The position numbers and the translations under genes were made by a program. Below are positions 8,967 to 17,614 of a stretch of DNA of 64,000 nt, piece after piece (within the stretch, counting starts at the first letter, position 1; each line of letters begins with the position of its first letter). The DNA comes from Candidatus Parcubacteria bacterium (lineage in GTDB: Bacteria; Patescibacteriota; Patescibacteriia; Patescibacteriales; UBA12075), in contig CAWFCE010000002.1 in assembly GCA_963814275.1 (NCBI GenBank), positions 618,537 to 682,536 of the forward strand, written 5' to 3'. The notes below the pieces were generated by a model. It worked only from the letters and a program-made list of their open reading frames with translations, ran no database searches and had not been told where the DNA came from.

Positions 8967-10163
8967 ATGTCTATATATAAATACCGGGCGATCAATCCGG
9001 ACAAGAAAGTTATTGCCGGTTTGGTGGAGGCGCCTTCAGAAGCGGTGGCTATCGGCATATTAAAGGACCGGGAGCTGGAAATTTTGTCTTTGAACGAGAA
9101 AAAGGGCACTAATATCAGCATAAATATCGACCGGATCAAAGGCAAGGATATCGTGGTTTTTTCCCGACAATTTTCCGTTTTGATCGGGGCGAGTGTTGCC
9201 TTGGTGCAGTCGCTCAAACTCCTTTCCGAACAGACGAAGAATGTAAAATTCCGCGGCATCATTACCGAACTGGCCGACGAAGTGGACGGCGGCGCCCGTT
9301 TGTCCGACGCTTTGGCCAAGCACCCGAAAGTTTTTACGAATTTTTACGTCAATGTCATCCGGTCGGGCGAGACCTCGGGCAAGCTTGACGAAGTATTGAC
9401 CTATCTGGCCGATGAGCTGGAGAAAGATTATGACATGACCAGCAAGATAAAGGGCGCGATGATCTATCCCGCTTTTGTCCTGTCCGGTTTGGCCGGGGTC
9501 GGTAGCGTAATGATGATATTCGTAGTCCCGAAATTGACGGATATTATGGCGGAGTCAGGCGCGGAATTGCCGATGGCAACCAAGATCGTGGTCGCATTTT
9601 CCCATATTCTGGCCGGCTATTGGTATCTGATCCTGATCGGTTTGGTCGGACTGGTCGTCGGTGTTAAATTTTTCCTAAAATTACCGATTGGCAAGAAGAT
9701 CGCCGATACCGTACTTTTGCGCACGCCCATCTTCGGCAAATTGTTCCAGCGCATCTACCTGGTCCGTTTTACCCGGTCCCTCCAGACCCTCCTTAAGGGC
9801 GGGGTCAACATCTCCAAGGGGCTGGAAGTAACGGCAGAGGTGGTCTCTAATTCAGTTTTCCGCACCTTGATACTGGACACGAAAAAAGCGGTAGAAGACG
9901 GAAATTCTGTTGCGACCGCGTTCGAGAATTCGCGTTATGTGCCGGGCATGGTGGCGCAGATGATCGCGATCGGCGAGAAAACGGGACGGCTGGATATAAT
10001 CCTCGAGAGTATTACGCATTTTTACGGCCGGGAGGTCGATAATACGGTTGCCAACCTGATGACGCTGATGGAGCCGATCATCATGGTGGTGATGGGCGTC
10101 GGCGTCGGAACCATGGTGGCGGCCATCATTATGCCGATGTATAATATGACCAACACTGTTTAG
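8967..10163 (+). CDS. pilC: type IV pilus platform protein PilC/GspF
   Basis: About 400 aa with two GspF-type repeats and three TM segments. Motifs SGETSGKLDEVL and IGEKTGRLD. Confidence 0.92.
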   Translation: MSIYKYRAINPDKKVIAGLVEAPSEAVAIGILKDRELEILSLNEKKGTNISINIDRIKGKDIVVFSRQFSVLIGASVALVQSLKLLSEQTKNVKFRGIITELADEVDGGARLSDALAKHPKVFTNFYVNVIRSGETSGKLDEVLTYLADELEKDYDMTSKIKGAMIYPAFVLSGLAGVGSVMMIFVVPKLTDIMAESGAELPMATKIVVAFSHILAGYWYLILIGLVGLVVGVKFFLKLPIGKKIADTVLLRTPIFGKLFQRIYLVRFTRSLQTLLKGGVNISKGLEVTAEVVSNSVFRTLILDTKKAVEDGNSVATAFENSRYVPGMVAQMIAIGEKTGRLDIILESITHFYGREVDNTVANLMTLMEPIIMVVMGVGVGTMVAAIIMPMYNMTNTV

Positions 10164-10410
10164 GATTTGAAATGGATAAAGTGCTGTTTATCAGCTTGGG
10201 CAATTCATGATTTATTAAATATCGGCCTTTATCCGCGGATTTGGCGAGGATTACTACCTGCCTACCGGCAGGTAAGCGCGGAAATTACGCGGAAATTACG
10301 ATTATATTCATGTTTAAATTTTCCATTGATTTATTTTTATATCAATATCTTCGTTTACGTTTTATACTGGCAAAGGCGGTCGTTGTTGAAAGCAATAATC
10401 CGCACGCTTT

Positions 10411-11052
10411 ATGACCATGGAAGCTAAATTAAAAAATATAATTAAGTCAGCGCTTAGCCTATTGATAATAGGAATGTTATTGGTTAGTTTTGAGCACTGG
10501 CAGGCGGCCATGGCGGTAAGCGGGGACTATACAAAGGTAGACAGCCCGATGGCTGATAGCCAGTTGTCGCTCAGTGACTGGAATAATTTGCCCAATGATT
10601 TTTTAAGCAAGCACGGCGATACGATGGGCGGTAATTTGGATATGAACGGACAAAAGATCATAAATACCGTTACGACCAATATCGTAACGAATGCGGCCAC
10701 CAAGTCATATGTGGATTCCCGTACTGGCATGAGCGGAGCAGTTAAAAATCCGGCCGGAGGCAGTCTAACCTCGATTTGCGACCGCAGCGGTGCGGGAACG
10801 AATTGGACCACGGTCGGCGCCAATATGATCGAAACCCATATAGACACGACCAACGGCGGGGTACCGCTTTTTGCTTCTCTTCCGAGTTATGAGATCGGCT
10901 TGTCAGGGCCCAATTCCTGGGATGTCCAGGGAAACGGCAGTATCCTTAATCCCAGCAATACCGGGTTTACCGTCCGCCTGATAACCGCTTTTACCGAAGC
11001 ACAGGCAGAATCATGGAACTGGGAAGTGATATGGTGCGGTTTTGGGATATAA
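10411..11052 (+). CDS. secreted protein, paralog 1 of tail-fibre-like trio
   Basis: Signal peptide ending AAMA. Conserved DWNNLPNDFLSKHGDTMGGNLDMNGQKIIN...ATKSYVDS. Later SICDRS and a C-terminal EVIWCGFGI. Confidence 0.7.
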   Translation: MTMEAKLKNIIKSALSLLIIGMLLVSFEHWQAAMAVSGDYTKVDSPMADSQLSLSDWNNLPNDFLSKHGDTMGGNLDMNGQKIINTVTTNIVTNAATKSYVDSRTGMSGAVKNPAGGSLTSICDRSGAGTNWTTVGANMIETHIDTTNGGVPLFASLPSYEIGLSGPNSWDVQGNGSILNPSNTGFTVRLITAFTEAQAESWNWEVIWCGFGI

Positions 11053-11209
11053 GAACCAGGGTTAGTTTTTTGATAATCTTATTATCATTTAATAATTTTG
11101 TCAGAATAATATATTGCGACCGCTGATTTAACGCGGATTACTGCGCGGAATTTACGATGAAATTATTCTTAAAATAAAAATTGTAAAATATAACTAAAAA
11201 TATCGCGAT

Positions 11210-11911
11210 ATGTCCGGAATTTTAAATAAACAAATTTTCAGATATTTTTTTATCTTATTGTTATTTTACGCATTAGGATTTGGTGCTGGCTCAATGATTT
11301 ATCGGTTACCGGGGGCAGAGGCTTATAACGGAGATTATTCGAAGACTGATAATACCGGAATTAACCCCGATCTAAGTTCGGCTGATTGGAACAATCTGCC
11401 GAATGATTTTATCGATAAGGATGGTGATGCCTATCTGGGCACGACGGCATTCGACATGAACAGTTTCCCCATAACCAATCTGGGCCAGCCGGTCAATGAC
11501 GGCGATGCCGCCAATGTCGGCTTCGTTAACGGACAGATAATAACCGGTTCGGTGCAGTTAGACGACGGCCGCAATAGCAATATGATCTGCGGTTCGACTC
11601 CGGTTGGCGCGACTATGTGGTCGAATATAGTAGCCCATGCCCTAGGTAGCCGTATTCAGGCGCATATATTCACGACTAATAATGGGTTGGAAACCGGCAC
11701 CCCCCTGTTTTCCAGTCCGACAATATATTTAGTCAGGTTGAATGAGGCCAGCGTATCGCCTACCGCCCAAAATGTTTACGGGTCATCTTCCTTCGGGATC
11801 GCCAGCGACCACGAAATATACGTAACTGTCCTTGATCCAACTTTTTCGATCAATGCCGCTCAGGCTAACGCGCGCCAATGGTATATAACTTGGTGCGGTG
11901 TGCAATACTAG
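11210..11911 (+). CDS. secreted protein, paralog 2 of tail-fibre-like trio
   Basis: Signal/anchor ending GAEA. DWNNLPNDFIDKDGDAYLG..FDMNSFPITNLGQPVNDGDAANVGFVNG. Later MICGST and a C-terminal YITWCGVQY. Confidence 0.7.
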   Translation: MSGILNKQIFRYFFILLLFYALGFGAGSMIYRLPGAEAYNGDYSKTDNTGINPDLSSADWNNLPNDFIDKDGDAYLGTTAFDMNSFPITNLGQPVNDGDAANVGFVNGQIITGSVQLDDGRNSNMICGSTPVGATMWSNIVAHALGSRIQAHIFTTNNGLETGTPLFSSPTIYLVRLNEASVSPTAQNVYGSSSFGIASDHEIYVTVLDPTFSINAAQANARQWYITWCGVQY

Positions 11912-11935
11912 CTTATTTATTGCTAATTTATCAAA

Positions 11936-12565
11936 ATGAAGCCACTTTTTAAAATAAACGACCAAAAGCAAATGTTATTCGGATGGATCCCGTTGATAAT
12001 TATTATAACTTTGTCATTGTGCTGGCCGGCCAGCGCGTTTGCCCCCAAAAATACAGGCGACCAGTTGACGCATACGGACTGGAACGGTCTTCCGAACGAT
12101 TTTTTTGACAAGCGTGGTGATACCTGGGCCGGACCCGGAGGGCTTAATATGGGCAACAATAAGATAACCGGAATGGCTGCACCGGCAGATCCTGCCGATG
12201 TTGCTACCAGAAAATATGTTACGGATAACAAGTCCGGAGGGTCTGCCAAGAGCCGGAGCGGCAGCCCTCTCCGTATTTTATGCGGCCGCACTACCTCCGG
12301 CAGTACAAACTGGAAAGACCACTCCCCGGGAACGATCTATATAGATATTAATACCGCCAGTGCTGGATTTGCCAGTATACCGGTTTATCAGGTTAGTTTG
12401 GGCGGTGCAGACCGACAATATTTGACAAAAGGGGTAACCAGTATAGAGAGCGCCAGTCCGCAGGCGTTCCGGGTAATTATAAACTATATTGCCAGCGGCA
12501 CGTTCGGTGCCGGGGAAGCCAATGTTAGGTTATGGTATTTGAATTGGTGCGCAATCGGCAGTTAA
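11936..12565 (+). CDS. secreted protein, paralog 3 of tail-fibre-like trio
   Basis: Signal peptide ending ASAFA. DWNGLPNDFFDKRGDTWAGPGGLNMGNNKITGMAAPADPADVATRKYVTD. Later ILCGRT and a C-terminal YLNWCAIGS. Confidence 0.7.
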   Translation: MKPLFKINDQKQMLFGWIPLIIIITLSLCWPASAFAPKNTGDQLTHTDWNGLPNDFFDKRGDTWAGPGGLNMGNNKITGMAAPADPADVATRKYVTDNKSGGSAKSRSGSPLRILCGRTTSGSTNWKDHSPGTIYIDINTASAGFASIPVYQVSLGGADRQYLTKGVTSIESASPQAFRVIINYIASGTFGAGEANVRLWYLNWCAIGS

Positions 12566-12606
12566 CCGTTATAATAGACGAGTTTTATAATTATTTTTGA
12601 TATATT

Positions 12607-13188
12607 ATGAAAAAAATAATAGTGATCAGTTTAACCGCCATTATTTGTTTTTGCGGGGGGCTGTTTACCGCCAGAATATTCAAACCATCGAGTCTGCCGG
12701 CACAAAATTGTTATACCCAGCAAGATATCGATACAGCCTACAGCAAGGGGCGGGAAGAGATAAGCGGGCGTTTGATCGATTCGGAGTTGGTTGCGTCAAG
12801 GAAGGATGAAATGGCGGTTTATGAGATTTCCGGCACGATCAAAAGTTTTGATAATAATAATATTGTGCTTATAACCAGTTCGCTTGATCCAAGCGCGGAT
12901 CCCGGCCTGGATAATCGGAATATTTTAATTCCCGCCAATGCAAAACTATACCGTTATGAAAAATTATCCGAAGAGGAATACCAGAAGAAGCTCGATGAAT
13001 TTACCCGCCGGTATCAAGCAGGCTCGCTTGGCGCCGACGAATTGTCTCCGGCCAGGTATGAAAAAAGGGCAGTTGAAACAAGCGCCTTAGGCGCCGGCCA
13101 GAATATAATCGTTGTGAGCGAAGAAGATTTGCGTAGCCAGAAGCAAATTTCCGCCAAAGAAATAACTATTTATCCAGTCGGTTCATAA
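12607..13188 (+). CDS. membrane-anchored hypothetical protein
   Basis: ORF with an N-terminal TM (IIVISLTAIICFCGGLF). No recognisable motif. Its stop lies 5 nt before the next pilin gene. Confidence 0.55.
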   Translation: MKKIIVISLTAIICFCGGLFTARIFKPSSLPAQNCYTQQDIDTAYSKGREEISGRLIDSELVASRKDEMAVYEISGTIKSFDNNNIVLITSSLDPSADPGLDNRNILIPANAKLYRYEKLSEEEYQKKLDEFTRRYQAGSLGADELSPARYEKRAVETSALGAGQNIIVVSEEDLRSQKQISAKEITIYPVGS

Positions 13189-13193
13189 AATCC

Positions 13194-13700
13194 ATGTCAA
13201 TATTTAGAAAAAACAATAAAGGTTTTACTCTGGTTGAACTGCTTGTTGTTATCAGTATTATTGGCATACTTTCATCATTTGCGATCGTATCCCTAAACAG
13301 TGCCAGGATCAAAGCCAGGGACGCCCTCAGGAAAGGGGATATGGCACAGTTGCGCACTGCTCTGAATTTGTACTATGACGATAATTTGAGCTATCCCGTC
13401 TGCAATCCCGGAGACGTCTGGGACCCCTCTGACCCCTATTACGGCATAAACGCGGATGACGGCGCGGATTGTTATAATGATGTATTGGCCCCCAGCCTGA
13501 CGCCGGTCGATCGGCCTTTGATGCTGGAAGCGCCGGTAGATCCGAGAAATGAATATAACGAATCGTCAAGCCAAAACCCGGTAAGTGGTAACGATATTTA
13601 TCTTTACCGCTATGTTAGCAATAATTTTGGCCAACAATACGCCATAATTTACCACCTGGAAGAAGATCCGGCTACTCCGCAGTTCATCCGCGGTTTTTGA
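13194..13700 (+). CDS. type IV pilin / GspG-like pseudopilin
   Basis: Prepilin leader MSIFRKNNKG|FTLVELLVVISIIGIL with Glu at +5. Followed by the ARIKARDALRKGDMAQLRTAL helix. Confidence 0.85.
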   Translation: MSIFRKNNKGFTLVELLVVISIIGILSSFAIVSLNSARIKARDALRKGDMAQLRTALNLYYDDNLSYPVCNPGDVWDPSDPYYGINADDGADCYNDVLAPSLTPVDRPLMLEAPVDPRNEYNESSSQNPVSGNDIYLYRYVSNNFGQQYAIIYHLEEDPATPQFIRGF

Positions 13701-13705
13701 TAATT

Positions 13706-13747
13706 TTGACAATTTATCTTTAAAATACTCTAATTATATGGTATAAT
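13706..13747 (+). promoter_or_regulatory. candidate sigma70-type promoter(s) for the major pilin gene
   Basis: ttgaca (13706-13711), 17 nt spacer, then tctaat (13729-13734). Separately, an extended -10 tggtataat at 13739-13747. Confidence 0.35.
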
Positions 13748-13879
13748 GTGGATAAGTGTATATTACCTATTTCCGGATTTAATTTTGATTAAAGTGTAAT
13801 TTATTAATTTATCCTGCATTCATTGGCTTAATTTCTAGAATTAAGGTAATGAATGTAATCTCTAGGACGGAGGTGTTCT

Positions 13880-14365
13880 ATGAAACAAAATCAAAAAGGT
13901 TTTACCTTGATCGAATTATTGGTGGTAATCGCCATTATCGGCTTATTATCCACCTTGGCAGTCGTAGCTCTGAACAGCGCGAGGGCCAAATCACGTGATG
14001 CCCGCCGCATTTCCGACGTCAAACAGATGCAAACCGCGCTTGAGATGTATTTCAATGATGTCGGTCTTTATCCGAATGCCGGTGGTGCCGACCTTACCCC
14101 TGGAGCCGCAGGCAGTGTGGTAATATGCAATCCGGGCGGATATACGACAACTTGCGCTTCGACTGACACGACATTTATGGCGGTGGTGCCGGAAAATCCG
14201 ACACCGACCAATGACGGTCCGTGTCCAGCCGCCGGTTATTCGTATAATTCCCTTGACGGGTCAACATATCGGATAATGTATTGTGTCGGCGCGGATGCCG
14301 GATCCATTAAGGCCGGAACGAATATCGCTTGCGAAAACGGAATTACAGGGTGTTCGACTCCATAA
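13880..14365 (+). CDS. type IV pilin, probable major pilin
   Basis: Leader MKQNQKG|FTLIELLVVIAIIGLL. Strong SD (ggacggaggtg), its own upstream promoter candidates and a downstream terminator. Six Cys. C-terminus ...IACENGITGCSTP. Confidence 0.88.
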   Translation: MKQNQKGFTLIELLVVIAIIGLLSTLAVVALNSARAKSRDARRISDVKQMQTALEMYFNDVGLYPNAGGADLTPGAAGSVVICNPGGYTTTCASTDTTFMAVVPENPTPTNDGPCPAAGYSYNSLDGSTYRIMYCVGADAGSIKAGTNIACENGITGCSTP

Positions 14366-14389
14366 TTTTTTAAATTTACTGCACTACCA

Positions 14390-14420
14390 GACTCCCCGAC
14401 CAACGGGGAGTCTTTTGTTC
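14390..14420 (+). terminator. rho-independent terminator after major pilin gene
   Basis: gactccccg (14390-14398), loop accaa, cggggagtc (14404-14412), then ttttgttc. Confidence 0.75.
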
Positions 14421-14453
14421 GTCAAACTTTCGCGGATAGGTTATAATGTTTGT

Positions 14454-16637
14454 ATGGATAAAAAGCGTTTAGTATCAATAATAGACGGTTTGGCAATAAT
14501 ATCGATCGCCCTGGTATTTTTTCTGGTGCCGGTATACTTCAGCGCGTTTTATAAGGATTTTTCCGGATTTATAATCGGTAAAAGCGCCATTTTCCGGATT
14601 TTGGTCGAACTTCTGGCTGTGTTAACCGTGATTCGCGTTTTTTTCGCCGGCTGGCCGGTTTTTATGTTAAAAAAGTACGTTTACATTACCGTGATTTCGT
14701 TTTTTACGGCATTTGCCGTTTCCACGGTATTTTCACTCGATCATTCCTTAAGTTTCTGGGGAACTTATTGGCGCCAGGCCGGACTGTTTACCTATCTGCA
14801 TTTTGCCTTTTTTTTTCTGCTGATACCCGTTTATTTCGACAACCGGAAAAAAATAGAATGGCTTATCGATGTCATGATCGCCGCCGGCGTGATCGCCGCC
14901 GGTTACGGCATATATCAATGGCTCGGTTATGATTTCGTGAAGTGGCAAACCGCCCCGGTTTTCGGCGGCCGTCCCGGGTCGACCATCGGCCAGCCGTTAC
15001 TGTTGGCCAATTATTTGCTGCTGGTGGCCTGGTTTCCGGTTTATAAGGCTTTAAGCGGCAGTATCTGGCGGCGGTTGATCTATATTTTGGCATTTATAAT
15101 TATTTTGTTTGGATTGTTGCTGACCTTTTCCCGGGGGGCGATTTTGGGATATTTGGCCGGAGCTTGGCTAGGCCTCATCATGATCCTATATCTGAAGAGG
15201 CGTAAAAAAACGGTTTTGATGATATTTATATTGTCATTTTTTTTATTGGGAATAGGGTATTTTAGCCTTCATTATTTGTCGGATCGCCATTATAAGAATA
15301 TTTATGCAGAATATATTTCCCAAAGGATCATTAATGCCTTTGACCTGAGCACCGGTTCGATGGCCATGCGGCTTGAGTACTGGCGGGCGGCGTCCGATGC
15401 CCTCAAAGGGCGCTGGCTGATCGGATACGGCCCGGAAATGCAAAAAGATATCCTGGCCCGGTATTATAATCCGACTTGGGCGGAATTGGAGAGCGCGAGC
15501 GGGGTGCCTGACCGTTTTCATAATGAGTTTGTCGATACGACAGTAAGCGGGGGAGTGATACTTTTGGCAAGCTATCTGGCGGTTTTATTCATTTTTTTTG
15601 CCAGAGTATTACTTCATTTCCGCTCAGGAATAAACGGCAGGAAAGATTATTTGGTCATATTTTGGCTGGTCTCTTTTTGCGGTTATTTGGCTGCTTTGCT
15701 TTTTGGTTTTTCTACGATTGAAACCAATGTATATTTTTGGGGCGGCCTGGCTCTGGTTTTTGCCGCCATAAACGACAAAGAAAATACCGAAAACAAAAAA
15801 CCGGTTGTGGCCGGCAGTTATTTCCGCTATACTTATGGTATATTAGCCTTGTTTGTATTCGCTATAAGCGGATATTTTTTATTTCTCAATATACGCATTT
15901 GGCAGGCCGACTACCATTTCCGTTGGGGAAAGTTAAGTTTTATAAACAAAGATTATTCCGGGATGCTGGGCGAATACGGCCGGGCCTTGGAATTGAATCC
16001 AAACGAAAGTTTTTATAAATATTTTTTGATCGAAGATACCCTGGCATCGCTTGGCGGCGTTCAGTCAGAGGATTACCGACGGGAAGTATTGGCCTATATC
16101 GGCGGTTTGCCGGAAATATTGCCGCCAGACAGTGAAATCAGCCTGCCAGCCGGACGGGAAAGCCTGTATAGTTCCGCCCGTTATTATGCCGCGGTAGGCG
16201 CGTATCAGGACCGGAGCGCATTTCAAACTTCGGAGAAAATGTATAAAAAGCTCCTGGATTTTAATCGTTTTTACCCCAATACTTACCGTTCGATGGCGGA
16301 AATGTATCTTATGGCTGGGGAGTGGCAAAGGGCCGCTGATACGCTCAATGATCTGTTAGCGGTCTTGCCCGATCAGCATCTGCTTAATCCAGCGAGCAAC
16401 CATTATCGCGAAGTGGCGGAATACAAAAAAAACGTATATTTTAACCTGGGAATTGTTTACGAGCAACTCGGCGAACTCTACTCCGCCGCCGATGCTTACC
16501 GGAAAGTCATCGATTTTGATCCATTCGCCGTTTCAGTATATAAAAATATCGCAACCGTATATGAAAAGATCGGTTTACCGGACGAAGCGCTAAAGTACGA
16601 AAAGCGGTACAGGGACCTGACGGAAGTTAAGCGTTAA
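14454..16637 (+). CDS. O-antigen ligase/Wzy_C-like polytopic membrane protein with C-terminal TPR repeats (candidate O-oligosaccharyltransferase)
   Basis: Start moved to ATG 14454 because the track start 14283 overlaps the pilin and its terminator. More than 10 TM segments. Motifs FSRGAILGYLAG and FHNEFVDTTVSGGVILL. TPR-like C-terminus (YGRALELNPNE, AADAYRKVIDFDP). Confidence 0.78.
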   Translation: MDKKRLVSIIDGLAIISIALVFFLVPVYFSAFYKDFSGFIIGKSAIFRILVELLAVLTVIRVFFAGWPVFMLKKYVYITVISFFTAFAVSTVFSLDHSLSFWGTYWRQAGLFTYLHFAFFFLLIPVYFDNRKKIEWLIDVMIAAGVIAAGYGIYQWLGYDFVKWQTAPVFGGRPGSTIGQPLLLANYLLLVAWFPVYKALSGSIWRRLIYILAFIIILFGLLLTFSRGAILGYLAGAWLGLIMILYLKRRKKTVLMIFILSFFLLGIGYFSLHYLSDRHYKNIYAEYISQRIINAFDLSTGSMAMRLEYWRAASDALKGRWLIGYGPEMQKDILARYYNPTWAELESASGVPDRFHNEFVDTTVSGGVILLASYLAVLFIFFARVLLHFRSGINGRKDYLVIFWLVSFCGYLAALLFGFSTIETNVYFWGGLALVFAAINDKENTENKKPVVAGSYFRYTYGILALFVFAISGYFLFLNIRIWQADYHFRWGKLSFINKDYSGMLGEYGRALELNPNESFYKYFLIEDTLASLGGVQSEDYRREVLAYIGGLPEILPPDSEISLPAGRESLYSSARYYAAVGAYQDRSAFQTSEKMYKKLLDFNRFYPNTYRSMAEMYLMAGEWQRAADTLNDLLAVLPDQHLLNPASNHYREVAEYKKNVYFNLGIVYEQLGELYSAADAYRKVIDFDPFAVSVYKNIATVYEKIGLPDEALKYEKRYRDLTEVKR

Positions 16638-16645
16638 CGTTACGG

Positions 16646-17545
16646 TTATTTTTTAAAGGCGACTACCAATAAACTGTCATACAGACTAAAACAATACAAC
16701 AGGCCATGGATCAATTTTTTGGTTTGTGAATGGGGAAGATTATTGATGTAGCGAAAAGCGGTACGGCCAGCGGTAAACGGCATTGGCTCGAAGCCGTTTG
16801 CCCGCAAAGTCCGATTGAACGTTTTTCTCTTAAAATATGTGAGATGCGAGACTGGATCCCAATCCCGCCATTTTTCTTTCAAGTAACGGGCACGCAGACT
16901 GCCCAGATTGGGGACGGTCGCTACCAGTAGGCCGTTGGTTTTGAGCAGCTGGAAAATAGTTGCCAGGTCGTCTTTAAGATTCGAAGTATGTTCGAAATAT
17001 TCTATGGCGGTAACGACATTATAAGTTCCTGGTTTCCCGTTAAATTCCCGCAAGGATTTATTGTGTACCTTTATGCCTAAATTTTGTTCCGCCCATTCGC
17101 CGCTTTCTTTCGATATTTCCAGGCCTTCCGCTTGCCAACCCCTCTTGCCGGCCATCTCTACCAAATGGCCGAATGAACAGCCGATATCCAAAAAATTACC
17201 CTGGCTATCCGCATAACGTTCGACAATATCCAAAATTGATCTTAGCTGATGAATGTGGAAAGGCAAGCCATTCATATAATGGTCGAACTGAGTACTTTTT
17301 TCCGGTTCGGAAGAATTGCCTTTCTTCTTATAGTGGCTGGCCCGGTATAGATTTTCCATATCTCCGGGTTCGATCCTTTGCTTGACATAAACCAGCCCGC
17401 AATTATTGCATTGAACTATATCGAATTTTTTGTTATATAGCTCCGGTGAATCAAAAAAATCATTTCTATGGTTTATCAGGCGCATTATACGTGAATTGCC
17501 CTCGCCGCAACCGGGACAGGGATAGACATTTATTTTAAGTGACAT
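16646..17545 (-). CDS. class I SAM-dependent methyltransferase with N-terminal zinc ribbon
   Basis: CPGCGEG...CNNCGLVY, then FLDIGCSFGHL (motif I). The only minus-strand gene in the glycan block. Confidence 0.8.
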   Translation of the reverse strand: MSLKINVYPCPGCGEGNSRIMRLINHRNDFFDSPELYNKKFDIVQCNNCGLVYVKQRIEPGDMENLYRASHYKKKGNSSEPEKSTQFDHYMNGLPFHIHQLRSILDIVERYADSQGNFLDIGCSFGHLVEMAGKRGWQAEGLEISKESGEWAEQNLGIKVHNKSLREFNGKPGTYNVVTAIEYFEHTSNLKDDLATIFQLLKTNGLLVATVPNLGSLRARYLKEKWRDWDPVSHLTYFKRKTFNRTLRANGFEPMPFTAGRTAFRYINNLPHSQTKKLIHGLLYCFSLYDSLLVVAFKK

Positions 17546-17614
17546 GATGATAATTTGAAAGTTAGCTTATTAATTGGGTCGTTTTAATTATAACAGAGAA
17601 TAATAAGCCGAACA

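Noticed and set aside
10167-10427. 86-aa ORF between pilC and the first trio gene
   Set aside because: It runs through repeat words (gcggaaattacg x2, cctgcc..ggcagg hairpin). It has no RBS and implausible composition.
14283-14453. Upstream extension of the Wzy_C-like ORF, giving the 784-aa version
   Set aside because: The extension overlaps the pilin 3' end out of frame and spans the pilin terminator. The first TM-containing sequence begins at Met 14454.
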